A stretch of 49,600 bases of DNA, taken from the NCBI RefSeq assembly GCF_006345805.1, contig NW_021834293.1, positions 1 through 49,600 of the forward strand, read 5' to 3'. Position 1 is the first letter of the stretch, and each line of letters opens with the position of its first letter. The translations under genes were made by a program, and so were the position numbers. The stretch is from Octopus sinensis. Taxonomy: Eukaryota. Positions 26,804 to 40,496 of this stretch are shown piece by piece. The notes under the pieces were generated by a model that ran no database searches, had not been told where the DNA came from, and saw only the letters and a list, made by a program, of their open reading frames with translations.

Positions 26804-27171
26804 GTGATACTACACACTGATTGGTCAGAATACAGTTTGCAAAACCTAGCACTCTGGAGCCTACCCAGCTGTATTTATAGCACTGAATCAATCATCTTGC
26901 TACAGTCAAAAATTGTGAAGCATGACTGTCACCACTACTACATGAACCGAAGATTGCAGAATTTAATGCATGAAAGTACTAGTTTCAATCAGAATGAACA
27001 TTTAACATTCTACTATTTTATTTTATTTTATTCTATTATAATATATTATCTTATAATATATCATTATAAGATTGTAAATAAAACGTGAAAATCAGACAAG
27101 GTTGGATTCCTTTATTAATATTATTCTTCTATACACAATCACACACACCATATATAATATATATATATATA

Positions 27172-27440
27172 TAATTTTAATCCAAACGGGAAAACAAAAA
27201 AAACAACAACAATGGAACAATTACAGTATTATTATTAATAGGCGCTCAGGAAATGGAAGCAGGAGGGTATGACGTTTCGAGCGGAGCTCTTCGTCGGAAA
27301 CATAAAGAAGGAAGAGAGAGGAAAGAAAGATCCCAAAGCGGGCAACAGGGATAGAGAAAAAAAAAACGACTGGTGTTTACGAGTTACACATGGTGAAAGG
27401 CGGAAGTTTACGATAACAAGAGCAAAGTAGGTTTTTAAAG
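27172..27440 (-). mobile_element. Short hammerhead-bearing element, same family as 38883-39085
   Basis: Minus strand tatgtttccgacgaagagctccgctcgaaacgtcataccctcc...tttcctgagcg...gtttggattaa followed by (TA)n, homologous to 38945-39085. Confidence 0.7.
27267..27301 (-). ncRNA. Hammerhead-like motif (U4C core, extra A after A9)
   Basis: GUUU-CCGACGA-A-GAGC(UCC)GCUC-GAAA-CG-UC-AUAC; stem I has one U-U mismatch; stem III is the ACGU palindrome only. Confidence 0.5.
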
Positions 27441-27469
27441 GCAAAAGAGTGGAGACAAGGTTGGTAACG

Positions 27470-30080
27470 CAACAGATGTGTGTGTATGTGTGTGTGAGGC
27501 GAGATAAAAAAACAAAAAATATATGTATGTGTTAGTGTGTGCGTCTGTGTGTAGGCGTGTGAGGTAGGGCGAGGCAGTTGTAGGCATAGCAGGCACTGGT
27601 CAGTAGTAAGAAAAAGAAGGAAGGAGGAAGGGAGGGAGGGGAAGGGGTGGGGGCGTATGTAGCGTGCCAGCGTGTGTTGAGTAGTAGTGTGTGGTGTGGT
27701 TCCAGTGTCGTGGTAGTATTAATGGCGAGTAGATTGAATGTGTGTAAGAGTAATGTATATATTTAAGCAATGTGTGTATATGTGTGCGCGTGTGTGTAAC
27801 AAAAACGGGGGGTTAAGGAAAAAGGACTCCAGCTGAGGGGAAGATGGAAGAGTGGTCCCGCGGAGTCGGGCGTGGGAAAACCCAACGCCAAGCGACGGTC
27901 CCAGGAACGAGCGGGAGGCCTCGTCGGGTCCAAGAGCGAGGTGCATGCGACGCGTATGCGTGCGCGAATCGGCGCAAGCGCGTGTGTGCGCGCGCCTGCG
28001 AGTATGCGCGTAAGTGTGTATGTGTGTGGGTGTGTGAGTGTGTCTGTGTGTATGTCTGGGTGTCAGTGTGTCCGATGAAATGTATGTGAGTATGTGTGTA
28101 TATATGTGTGTGCATAGATGTATGTCCGTGTGTGTGTGTGTGGTGTATGTGTATGAGTTTGTATGTATGTACGTGTGGGTGTGTGGAAGTGTGTGTATGT
28201 GCATGTGTGTGCGCGCACACTACAGGTGTGTGAGTGAGTGTGTGTGTATGTATGTGTGAGTGTGTATGTATGTGTGTGTAGGATGCATGTATGTGTATGG
28301 GTGTATGTATGTGTGTGTGTATGTATGTATGTGTACGTGCGTGTGTGTTGTAATGCGTGTAGGTGTGCACGTGTGCATGCATGCATGCATGTGCGTATGT
28401 GTGTGTGTGTGCATGTGTGTGGGTATATATGTATGTGCGCATATGTGTGTGTATGTGCGTACATGTGTGTGTGTATGCATGTGTGTGTATGTAGGTGTGT
28501 AGGCGTGTGTGTATAGGTGTATGTATGTAAGTATGTATGGGTGTGTCCGTGTATGTGTGTGTATGTATGTGTGTGTATGTAGGTGTGTGGGCGTGTGTAT
28601 ATGTGTGTGTATGTAGGTGTGTGGGCGTGTGTATATAGGTGTATGTAGTATGTCTGGGTGTGTCCGTGCATGTTTCTGTGTGTGTGTGTATGCATGTGTA
28701 TGTAGGTGTGTGTGTACGTGTGTAATGTATGTGTGTATGCGTGTGTGCGTGTGTATGCGTGCGTGTGTGTATGTAGGTGCGTGTGTATGTGTGTGGGAGT
28801 GTAGGTGTGTGTGTGCGTGTGCGTGTTTATTTGGTGTGTGCGTATGTGAGTGTGAGTGTATGGGTGTTTGTCATGCATGTGTGTGCGCGTGCAGGTGAGT
28901 GTGGTGTGTAAGTATGTGTGTGTATGTTTGTGTGAGGTGTATGTGTGTATGCCTGTGTGTATGTATGTGCGTATAGGAGTATGTAGGTATGTGTGTGTGT
29001 ATGTGTATGGGTGTATGTATGTATGTGTGTGTGTGTGTGAATGTGTATAAGTATATGTGTGTGTGCGTATGTGTGTATGTGTATGTGTGTGTGTTTATGT
29101 TGTGTGTATGTATGTGTGTAGGCGTGTGTGTGTAGATGTATGTATGTATGGGTGTGTGTCTGTGTGTGTTTGTGTGTGTTGTAGGTAGGTGTGTGTGTCT
29201 GAGTGAGGGTATGGCTGTGTAGGTGTGTGTGTGTATGAATGTAAGTGGTGTGTGTACAAGTGTAATGTATGTATGTATTGTGTGTGTGTGTGTGTATGTG
29301 TACGTGTGCGTGTGTATTGTGTGTGTGTATGCGTGTGAGTGTGAGTGTATGGGTGTAATCTGTGTGTGTGTATGTCTGAAGTAGGTAGTGTGTGTGTATG
29401 TATGTGTGTGTGTGCAGGTATGTGTGTGTATGTGTGTGTGTGTGAGTAGGTGTGCGTGTATGTATGTGGGTAGGGATGCATGCGAGTTTGTGGGTATGTA
29501 TGCATACATACGCACGCGCACATCCGAAGCAAGCCCCACACACGAAGCGCGCTCACGCACACAACGCGCAAGCAGTACAACGCAAGCCCAAGGGGCCGAC
29601 CAAGCCCCCAGCGCGCACCAAGGCGCGCGAGCGCAAAGGCCCTCGAACGCCCCGCTACGCGGGAACCGAGATCCATCAGCCAAAAACCGGAAAGCAGAAA
29701 AGAGGGGGCTGCCTGGATGCAAAAATGTGTATGTGTGTGTGCATTCAGTGTAAGGGGTGCATGTGTGGGTATGTATGTATGTGTGTGCCCTACATGTATG
29801 TGTGCATGTGTGTGTGTGTGAAGTATGTACGTGCGGTGTGTGTGTGTGAGTGTGTGTTTATGTATGTGCGTATGTATGTGTGTATGTATGTGTGTATGTA
29901 CGTCTGTGTGTGTGTGTGTGTAAGTATGTATGTGTGTGTGTATGTAGGTATGTGTGTGGTGTAATGTGCGTGTTGGTTTGTATGTTAGTGTGTGCATGTA
30001 TGTCTATAAGTGTGTGTGATTAAATGTGTGAATGTATGTACGTAGATGGGTCTACGTATGTGTGTGTGTGAACAGGCGTG
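27470..30080. repeat. Long degenerate (TG)n/(TATG)n low-complexity tract with GC-rich inserts
   Basis: Directly visible; periodicity is poor. Confidence 0.85.
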
Positions 30081-30498
30081 GTGGAGGTAGGTGGGTGGGT
30101 GTGTGTGGGTGGGTGTATCCGAAAAAAAATGGGATCTCAAGAGGAGGGGGCTGTGTTAAGTCCGTGTGGGGTGGTAGTTTGTAGGGTGAAGATGTAGCGT
30201 TGCTCCAAGTGGAGCTGGAAAGTGGGCGACCATTGTGGGGGGCGAGACCAAACATTGAGATGTCATCTAGGGAATAGTCCGGCCGAGCGGAAGTGGCGTG
30301 CGACGGGAGAAAAAGTGTAGGCGAACGTCCCTCAAGTGTTCAGTGAAACGGTCGGACAACCGGCGTCCCGTCTGTCCTACATACAGCATCCCGCATAGGT
30401 TGCATTTAATGCAGTAAATAAGGCCAGACGAGGTGCACGTAAAGGAGTGCCTAATGCGTCCAGTATGCTGGTTGGAGCCGGTGACAGCTGTGGTGTTG

Positions 30499-30537
<39 letters not shown>

Positions 30538-30552
30538 ATATATATATATATA

Positions 30553-30747
30553 TTCTTTTATTCTTTTATTCTTTCACTTGTTTCAGTCATTTGACTGCGG
30601 CCATGCTCGAGCAGCGCCTGTCTTTGTAAGCCTAGTATTTATTCTATCGGTCTCTTTTGCCGAACCACTAGTTTAGGGGGACGATAACACACCAGCATCG
30701 GTTGTCAAGCGATGTTGCGCAGACAAAAAATACACACAAACATACAC

Positions 30748-30779
<32 letters not shown>

Positions 30780-30973
30780 GCACACACACACACACACACA
30801 CACAAATATACGACGGGCTTATTTCAGTTTCCGTCTACCATATCCACTCACAAGGCTTTGGTCGGCCCGAGGCTACAGTAGAAGACAACTATCGAAGGCG
30901 CCACGCAGTGGGACTGAACCCGGAACCATGTGGTTGGGAAACAAGCTTCTTACCACACAACCACTCCTGCGCC
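30553..30973 (-). mobile_element. SINE family A, full length
   Basis: Head accacacaaccactcctgcgcc, central block, (CA)n spacer and (TTCTTTTA)n tail. Confidence 0.95.
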
Positions 30974-31015
30974 TATATGTATGTATATATATATATATAT
31001 GTATGCATGTATATA

Positions 31016-31571
31016 TGTTTCAGGTCACTTTTGAGTGCTACTGGTAACATGTAACCCAGTACAACCTCTTGCATGGTCGGGTCGTCGGCGACTAAACCGG
31101 CAACCCCACCAAGCTTGCTTGATGAAGAGGGTGTTTATTGGACACCCTGCGGGATGAAAAACAAAACCCGTCAAAGGGCGAAGGAACTCTTGAGAGTCAA
31201 TGGCCATCCAATAAATGTCTTAAGGCTGGATCATGCGCGCGGACATAGAAATAATCGGACTGAATACCCGATCGCGCGGTTAAACGATTGGGAGTGAAGG
31301 ACTCCTAGCCTTTGTGAGGGCATTCTTCTAGGAGAAGGTAACTCAGGTAACTGGGATAACTCCGATATAAAACCTGCGGCTCAGTGGTTACCGATGATGT
31401 TGACTTGTTCTTCTTTTCGGATTATGGCTGCTGTTGCTTAGTGAGTGGAATTGACTCAGTGCACAGCCTCTCCTCACTTTAAAAAAAATCTTCTTGCACA
31501 GGCATTGCACGATAACAACATTGATTAAGCTTCGTGCAATGGCCATACTCGATAACGAGGGGGCAGCCACC
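31016..31571 (+). mobile_element. Non-coding repeat, probably an RTE-derived non-autonomous element
   Basis: Contains gggcattcttctaggagaaggtaactc...aaaacc, resembling the RTE 5'-leader motif (ctaggagaagg-aaactc); followed by (TGTA)n; no recognisable ORF. Confidence 0.45.
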
Positions 31572-32278
31572 ATGTATGTATGTATGTATGTATGTATGTA
31601 TGATGTATGTATGTATGCATATCGCACACGAACAGTATTTCAACTAAGCACTGGGTTTTGATTCCTATAGACGATTATGTTCACTTTCCTATCATGCCCT
31701 CTACTTATGAATGTACTTAAAATTGCAACCGTCCATATTATATAGCATTAATCTCCATGGGTCATTTCAGCCCACCTCAAAGAACTTTGGGTAATGTAGG
31801 GTTTGTTAACGACAAGGTTACACCGCTGCCAAGGTTAAGAAGCTACCAAAAATTCTACAAGGTTTGTGTGATTCGAAGGGAGGTAAGCAATGACAGTTGG
31901 TTCACTGGTATGATAACTTGTGTTAAATGAGTTGTGGAAAGTGGCGGAAAATGGCGGAAAGCATCGGAAAGTGACGGATAGTTTGGGAGTAATTGTCATC
32001 GGATTTGAACGGTATTCGACAGATACACGCTTCAATTAACGTGAGCTCTTTGTCTCGTATTATACTTGTGAATGCACTTGACTCTTGATATATGTATGTG
32101 TGTGTGCGCTAGCGTTTGTGTGTGCGCTAGCGTTTGTGTGTGTATGCATGTGTGTGTTTGTGCGTGTTCATATAAGTTAATACTCACACGCCTATTATAT
32201 ATGTGTGCGTTTTGTGAGCGAGTGTGTGCGTGCGAACTGAAGTATAGCAGAATGTATGAATCTATCTATGTCCATGTA

Positions 32279-32322
<44 letters not shown>

Positions 32323-32668
32323 GTGGTGAAGCAAATTCGTTTGCCTAACACTTATCATAATATAAATATATAATATATACTATATAATATATTAATATAT
32401 ATATATATAAAATATACATATATTGTGTGATTGACCATTATTAGTACAAAAGAGGTATATATTATATATATATACATATAAATGTGTGTGTATATATATA
32501 TATACACACACACTTAAGTGTACATATATAAGTATGTATGTGTGTGTATACAATTCTTCATTGACTTTATACTATACACCATTATATACATACCTCTAAA
32601 CACGCATGCGTACAAACACATATGCATACATACGTAGTAGAAGCAATACCAGCAGCAGCACCAGTAGC

Positions 32669-32714
<46 letters not shown>

Positions 32715-32805
32715 TTAGTAGTAGTATTAGTAGTAGTAGTAGTTATTTGGCTAGCAGGCTATAGCGACTACTATTATTGCTGCTGCTGCCAACACCTCCA
32801 CCACC

Positions 32806-32836
<31 letters not shown>

Positions 32837-33953
32837 TTACTGCTCGGATGCATTTATTACAATTCTTATCGAAGTGAGCGATTTATCACTTGGCTATTAA
32901 ATGTCAACCACACCATTGCTTCCCCCATCAGCACCACCACCACCACCACCACCACCACTACCACATCCCCACCTCTGTCTCCGTCATCACTATAACCGCC
33001 ATCTCCACTACCCCTATCACCACTCCCGAGACTATGACCATCGCCGTCACCCCAAACAACCCCTCCCCCACCCCACGCCACACACCAGCGCTTGCGGAGG
33101 ACTTGTCACGTGATACATTCTTAATGGACAACCTCGTCGTCTTTTACGACGACTTTTTACCGATTATTTGTTCTCAGTAAAGTAAAAAAAAATAAAATAA
33201 ATATATAAAATATATAATAAAACAAAACACAAAATGGCGACAACAACAGCAACAAAAAAAAACTATAATGTATAACGCTTGCAACAACAACAACAACAAA
33301 GACAATACTGGCAGCAGTAACAACAACGAGAAGGACAATGATAACAACAACAACAACACCAAGGATGACAAGGGCATCGGTGGTTAGCAACAAAGAGGTA
33401 GTGGTGATAATTGACCAAGGAACTCCATTTCCTGGCGGTCAATACCTGCCATTGTTTCCTACCCCAACCCCGGGTCAACAGCTACATCCCCAATCATGCT
33501 TCTCTGCTCAGCCATGCGTTTAAGCCATTTCAATTAGTACCATACGCACATAGATGAATACATACATATATACAAACATACATACATGCATAGATGCATA
33601 CATACATAGATGCATACATACATAGATGCATACATACATGCATACATACATACATAGATGCATACATACATACATAGATGCATACATACATACATGCATA
33701 CATACATACATGCATATATGCATACATATATGCATAAACAGATGCACACACTTTTATACATATGTATGTACATTTATATATATATATACACACACACATG
33801 TATATATGATTTTAGATTTGCCTGTATGTAAGGATGTATACATGCGTGTATATAATGATGTATATATATATGTATATATATATATGAATATATATATATG
33901 ATATATATATATAAATATATAAATATATATAAATATATATAAATATATATATA

Positions 33954-33987
<34 letters not shown>

Positions 33988-33989
33988 TA

Positions 33990-34052
<63 letters not shown>

Positions 34053-34053
<1 letters not shown>

Positions 34054-34455
34054 TACTTTATATAATTAGGGTTCAGCAAAAAACATACTTTACCACACAC
34101 CGAAATTTTAGAAATAGCAGCCAAAAATTAGCTATTTCTCCTACTATAAGAAGAATCTCCAAGACAATGTATACTCAAAAACATTAAATTTAAATTTAAC
34201 GAAATCTTGGGCTGATGACAGGAATGTTGGAATAGGTTTGTATTTCTAGCATCTCTATATCTCACTAACCCAGAATTTACGAGTGAACTTTCGTTATTTT
34301 TCCCTCTGTGCCCACGTGAATTGTTTTTGATTATACATTGTCTGGGAGGCTCTTCTTATAGTAGGAGGAATAGCTAAATTCTTTGGCTGCTATTTCTAAA
34401 AGTTCGGTGTGTGGTAAAGTAAAATTTTTTGCTGAACCCTAATTATATAAAGTAA
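34053..34455. mobile_element. MITE-like element with ~135-bp inverted arms
   Basis: ttactttatataattagggttcagcaaaaaa...agacaatgtata (34053-34173) is the near reverse complement of 34332-34455; pairing extends inward to about 34187/34318. Confidence 0.85.
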
Positions 34456-34804
34456 TGTTTAAATATACTGTAAATGGTCCTTTTACATACTGAACACTGC
34501 TTGGTAAAATTATTAATTACTAATTAATTAATTTTACCCTTATTATTATTGACTATATATATATATATATGGATATATAAATAGTTTTATATATATATAT
34601 ATACACACGCACACACACATACGCATGCAGGCATATATATATATATGTATGTATGTGTGTGTGTGTGTGTTTTTGTAAGTGTAGTCGAAATTGTCTAAAT
34701 TCCTACGAAACAACTGTGTTCTGACTTGTTTTAGATTAGAAACCGGATCCTTCCTTTTTTGGTGAAGTAAAAGCCATCATTATTATTGTCAAATAGAAAG
34801 CAAT

Positions 34805-35029
34805 ACTAGTGAGCTGACAAAATCGTTAATGCACCGGAAAAAGAGACCTTGCGCTATTTCTTCCGGCTGTTTGGTTTCAGTGCTCAAATCGCAGTGAGGT
34901 CAAATTTGCCTTCCACTCCTCCGGGGCCGACAAAACGAATTACCTGCAATCATGTAGAGGGGTCAAAATAGTCGACTAACCCCCAACCCATCAAATTTTC
35001 TGACCTTGTGCCTAAATCAGAAACGAATG
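34805..35029 (+). mobile_element. SINE family B, degraded
   Basis: gagctgacaaaatcgttaatgcaccgg...ttgccttccactcctccggggccga...accttgtgcctaaatcagaaacgaa. Confidence 0.7.
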
Positions 35030-35037
35030 TTAATATA

Positions 35038-35451
35038 GGCGCAGAAGTGGCTGTGTGGTAAGTAGCTTGCTTACGAACTACATGGTTCCGGGTTCAGTCC
35101 CACTGCATGGCACCTTGGGCTTGTGTCTTCTGCTATGGCTTCGGGCCGACCAAAGCCTTATGAGTGTAATTGGTAGACGGAAACTGAAAGAAGCCCGTCG
35201 TATATATGTATATTTATATGTATGTGTGTCTACATGTTTGTGTATCTGTGTTTGTCCCCTCAGCATCGCTTGACAACCGATGCTGGTGTGTTTATGTCCC
35301 TGTCACTTAGCGGTTCGGCAAAAGAGACCGATAGAATAAGTACTAGGCTTACAAAGAATAAGCCCTGGGGTCGATTTGCTCGACTAAAGGTGGTGCTCCA
35401 GCATGGCCACAGTCAAATGACTGAAACAAGTAAAAGAGTAAAACAAAAAGA
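35038..35451 (+). mobile_element. SINE family A, full length
   Basis: tRNA-like head ggcgcagaagtggctgtgtggtaag...ggttcagtccc; caccttgggc block resembling the CORE domain; tail aagtaaaagagtaaaa. Confidence 0.95.
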
Positions 35452-35878
35452 GTAACCTAGAAGAATGACAGAATCATTAAAGAGGAAGAAAAAATTCGTT
35501 GTGGTTTGTTTCAGTTCATTGCTTCCTGAGTTCAAATCTTCCTGAGATCAGCTTTGCCTTTCATTCCTCCAGCGTCGATGAAATAAAGGAGCGCTTAATT
35601 ATTAGGGTCAATGACATCGACTAACTCCTCCTTACAAAATTACGGGCCTTGTGTCTAAATTAGAGACAACTATTAATGGGATAGAATAGGGAGGTTGATT
35701 ACAGAACCGTCAGAGCATCGCACTAAATACTTTCCGTTGTTGAGTTACGGCCTTTATGTTCTGAGTTCAAATCCTGCCAATTCAAATTTATCTTTCTTGG
35801 TTAAAATATTTGAAACTACTCATCAAGTAGCTGTCAGATAGATTTGAGTAATTAAACAGAAATTATTATTGGCATTAA

Positions 35879-36377
35879 CCCATTAGCGCCCAAGATGCTT
35901 TTTTTTTAGGAGTAGAAGGATAATCCATCATTTTCCTGCAACACCTGTATTTTTCTGAGATATCTTTAGTTGGTCATCAAAACTGGAGGGCCTTTCAAAT
36001 ATTTATTTCTTTATTGCCCACAGGGTGTTAAACATAGAGGGCGAAAACAAGGTTTAAGTCGATTACATCGACCCTAGTGTGCAACTGGCACTTATTTAAT
36101 CGACTCTGAAAGGATAAAAGGCAAAGTTGACCTTCGCGAAATTTGAACTCAGAATGTAAAGACAGACGAAATACCGCTAAGCATTTGGCCCAACGTGCTA
36201 ACGTTTCTGCAAGCTCACCTCCTTGTGTCTTTCATATATTGTAATAAAAAATTTTTAAAGTTGTATAAAAAAAGATTTTTTGGTTATTAATCAAATTTTA
36301 AAAAAATTGGGTGCAAATGAGTTAATAAAAAAATTTGGGTGCTAATGGGTTAATAAAAAAATTTAGGTGCTAATGGG
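35879..36377. mobile_element. piggyBac-type MITE (TTAA TSD) interrupted by a SINE; right end triplicated
   Basis: TTAA|cccattagcgcccaa at 35875-35893; right ends gggtgctaatggg|TTAA (with variants) finish at 36321, 36349 and 36377. Confidence 0.8.
36001..36224 (-). mobile_element. SINE family B (alternative tail) nested in the piggyBac-type MITE
   Basis: tttctttattgcccacagggtgttaaacatagaggg...gaactcagaatgtaaagacagacgaaataccgctaagc. Confidence 0.9.
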
Positions 36378-36759
36378 TTAATAAAGCACCAGATAGAGAG
36401 AAAAATACGCTGAATGATATTTAGTTTGATTGGATTAAATATTCATAATTCTGTGAGTACGTGCAGTAATTTTGTCATTTCAACTCTTCCATAGACTGAC
36501 TGGCAAAATAGTGTGACGTAATAAGTCACGAATGTGATATAATTGATTCAAATTTCAGTTTTATTCTGACCTCAAGTTAGGCTTTGAAATTAAACCAAGT
36601 ATAACTTGTGCTTTAATAAAATTGTTTTTAAACTGCTTGAAGCACTGCAATATGAGAGTAAATGAGAAAAAATGTTTGCAAAAACCTAGGAGGGATGGAT
36701 GCAGGTGAAGGGTCACACAAATTATGTAAAGAGATAACAATGAAAAAAAGCAAAATGAG

Positions 36760-37125
36760 GAAAGGTGTCGTTTTATTATACAGTAATATTTTAAAATAAC
36801 CCTACGATATTTTGGGAAAATACTGCTTTTCAAATAAAAGGAAGAAAACAAACAGAGCATTCAGTGAAATGTCTTGTTATCGATAGGCAATTGTAGTGTC
36901 TTCTGTTTAAATATTATTGTTTATAATAATCATAAAAATATTTCGGGAAAAATAGACCTTTTTAAACCGAAGGAAGAAAATAAACAGAGCGTTAATAAAA
37001 AGTGTCTTGTTATCGACAGGCCTTTCAAGTATCATCTGTTTCAATATTATTGAATATAATGATCATATATTATTTCGGGAAAATTTACCCTTTTCAAACA
37101 GATAGAAGAAAAATAATTCAAAGAA
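36760..37125. repeat. Diverged ~132-bp tandem repeat, about 2.7 copies
   Basis: gtcttgttatcga at 36871 and 37004; tt(t/c)gggaaaa at about 36811, 36942 and 37074. Confidence 0.75.
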
Positions 37126-37361
37126 ATGTGTTGCCATGGAAAAGCCATTCTAAGCCATTAATGCCTGGTTGATAGAGTTAATCTGTCGAAAGGGTGTTTG
37201 TAGTGGTGGTACATACATACACATATATCAAGTACACGTTCTTACACACACACACACACACGTACATGTACGTACACACACACGCGCGCACACACACACA
37301 CATATATATATATACATACATACGCACATACATACATACATACATACATAATTACATACAT

Positions 37362-37402
<41 letters not shown>

Positions 37403-37987
37403 TTTCAAGAAGAATTCTTACGAACTGCCACACATATACAGCTTTACATAGATCTAAGCTTTTATGTGTATGTGTGTATGTGTTTGTGAATATATATATA
37501 TATATATATACATAGAGAGAGAGAGAGAGAAGAGGGAGAAGAGAAAGAGGAGAGAGAGAGAGAGAGGAGGGAAAGAAAATGAAAAAGATGTTGAGGGAGA
37601 AACAAGGGGATAAGTTAAATGTAGAAGGAGAAATAGAATAAGAAATATATAGTTAAATAGATTTATTTATACAGTCATGCGTACATCGTGAGTGAGAGAG
37701 AGAGAGGAGAGAGAGAGAGAGACGGAGAGAAAGCGAGTCGTAGAAAGGAAGAAAGAAAGCAAGAAAGAAGAAACAGAAAGAAGAGAGAGAGAGAGAATGA
37801 GAGAGAGGGGGAGGGGGAAGGGCAGATACTACAAATGGCGGATGAGTTACAAACATTCTTTCAACAAACGAAATACATGCACAAGCAGCCATTATTAATC
37901 GGATGCCGTAGAAACAATTCAACTCGTTGATCTGTGAAAAATAAAAACGAGATGATATAAACCAAAAAAAACAATATACATACATAT

Positions 37988-38064
<77 letters not shown>

Positions 38065-38086
38065 TATATATAAATATTTACATGTA

Positions 38087-38128
<42 letters not shown>

Positions 38129-38143
38129 TATTATATATATATA

Positions 38144-38194
<51 letters not shown>

Positions 38195-38499
38195 GAATAA
38201 TGTATTAAATGAAAGACTATAAAAATATAAAAAAAAAAATCACGAAAAAAAAAACGTTGGCACAGCTATTAAACATATTGTAACAATATGTTAGTCTATG
38301 TAAGGGTCATTTCCTGTGCCAGAGTTCAAATGTCACCGGTGCATATTCATTAATATTGCTGACAAAATACACTCTCTTCTCTGCCTTCAGCCATTCTATA
38401 AAGTTTTCATTTAAATAGTTTTATAGATTTCGCCGTCAGTCACACTCACCCCACCCGCCCCACTTTCTCTGTAGCACTTTCTTTCTATCTCTGTCTCTG

Positions 38500-38545
<46 letters not shown>

Positions 38546-38673
38546 TTTCTCTGTGTAAAATTCTTGCAAAATGTTACTTCACCATTAATCTTCCAAAATG
38601 TTTTCTATTAACGAATTTTCTATCTATCCATCCCCCTATTTATCCATCCATCCATACATTCATCCATCCATCC

Positions 38674-38788
<115 letters not shown>

Positions 38789-38882
38789 CTCTCTCTCTAT
38801 CTATCCATATGTATATGTATATATATATATATGTTTATATATATGTACATGTATATATGTATATATAGATTTATATATACAT

Positions 38883-39085
38883 GACCGCGTGTGTACCGTT
38901 GGCGATTTTTTTCCTCTGTCTTCCCTTCTCTGGATCTTTCCTCCTATGTTTCCGACGAAGAGCTCCACTCGAAACGTTAAACCCTCCTTCTTTCCTCCCT
39001 TCCTGAGCGTCCAATAATACTATATTTGTTCCACGTCCTCGCGTTGTTGTGTTTTTTTTGTGCTTTCTTGTTTGGATTAACTATG
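38883..39085 (+). mobile_element. Short hammerhead-bearing element, same family as 27172-27440
   Basis: Homologous to the reverse complement of 27172-27310; ends gtttggattaactatg followed by TA repeats. Confidence 0.7.
38948..38982 (+). ncRNA. Hammerhead-like motif (U4C core, extra A after A9)
   Basis: GUUU-CCGACGA-A-GAG(CUCCA)CUC-GAAA-CG-UU-AAAC; 4-bp stem I, ACGU palindrome, GUU triplet. Confidence 0.5.
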
Positions 39086-39243
39086 TATATATATATAACT
39101 GTTTGTCTTTCTTTCCCTCTGTCTGTCCCTGTTTCTCTCTCTCCCTCCCTCTTTCTTTGTATATATATATATATATATATATTAATATATATATATATAC
39201 ACATGTATGTATGTATGTTTGTGTGCGTATGTGTGTATGCATG

Positions 39244-39275
<32 letters not shown>

Positions 39276-39967
39276 ATACGTGTGTGTATGCGCGCGAGTG
39301 TGTGTGTATTGAGTGTCTGTGTATACATACATATACAGATATACACACACGCAAACACAAACACACACATACTCACATATGTATATACAAAGAGAAATGG
39401 AGAGAGAGAGAGAGAGAGAGAGAGGGAGAAAAGGGAGAAAGAGAGAGATACAAAGACAAAGAGGGACCAAAGGAGAATCCTTGCGTAGAGGGGACGTCTT
39501 TATTCTCTAGATTGTTCTCCCGAAATTTCAACCTTGAAAATACGCGGCCACAATAGCTGTTCATATTTAAATGCCTACGTATGTATGTATGTATGTATGT
39601 ATGTATGTATGTATGTATGTATGAATGTGTATATATATATATATATTTATATATCCATATATATGTGTATGTGTGTATGTATACATATATATATATATAG
39701 TATTTTTATATAAGCTTAAATCTTATTGCGATCACCGTGCAATGACGATGGAAAACGGTCTAATAAAGGGGTATATAAGCCCTCGACATGTGTGTGTATA
39801 TATATATGCATGTAGTTTTATATTTATGCATGTCTATATGTAAAATATACATATATACATGTTTGTATTTGTATATGCACATATGAATATAGAACTACGC
39901 ATACATATATATATACATATGCACAAATACACATATAGGTACTTTATACACGTATATATATATTTTT

Positions 39968-40375
39968 GTTGAAGTAATCCCTCAAGGTCGAGGATGATGG
40001 TCTTCGCGCAAATTTACTGCTGAGTCCGCAGGTGGCCGATAAGACCAATTCTTGCTTGAAAAGATCGGTCGCAGTGCGGACATCAAGTGCCGGAAGGGAG
40101 AGTCGCACGTGGTTGTTGTTGGCGCTCCTTCCGTCGTCGTCTTTTCTCCTCCAGCTCTGCAGACCCTTTCGACTCGAAAGTCGCCGTTCCCTCATGGATG
40201 GTGGTTTTCCAGAGTGGTCTGTTTTTTGCCGTTTCCTCCCAGTTGGTGAAGTCGATGTCACACTTTTTGAGGTTCGTTTTCAGGGAGTCCTTGTAGCGTT
40301 TCTTCTGGCCTACTTTTGTACGCTTGCCGTCTTTGAGTTGGGAGCAGAAGATCTGTTTGGGAAGTCGTTAGAATG
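39968..40375 (-). mobile_element. RTE (BovB-like) LINE 3' end
   Basis: Minus frame RLPKQIFCSQLKDGKRTKVGQKKRYKDSLKTNLKKCDIDFTNWEETAKNRPLW...CPHCDRSFQARIGLIGHLRTQQ*, an RTE C-terminus with terminal CxxC...H motif, then a short 3' UTR. Confidence 0.9.
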
Positions 40376-40442
40376 ACTGAAAATATATATGTACATATAT
40401 ATATATATATGTGTGTGTGTGTGTATACATGCATACATACAT

Positions 40443-40496
<54 letters not shown>

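Noticed and set aside
31080-31200. Possible HDV-like ribozyme in the RTE-like leader
   Set aside because: Only simple hairpins found; the nested double pseudoknot could not be built.
35038-35105. tRNA-like sequences here and at the other SINE heads
   Set aside because: They are SINE heads fused to repeat bodies, not complete tRNA genes.
36301-36381. 28-bp direct repeats resembling a CRISPR array
   Set aside because: No unique spacers, eukaryotic context, no cas genes; explained as a duplicated transposon end.
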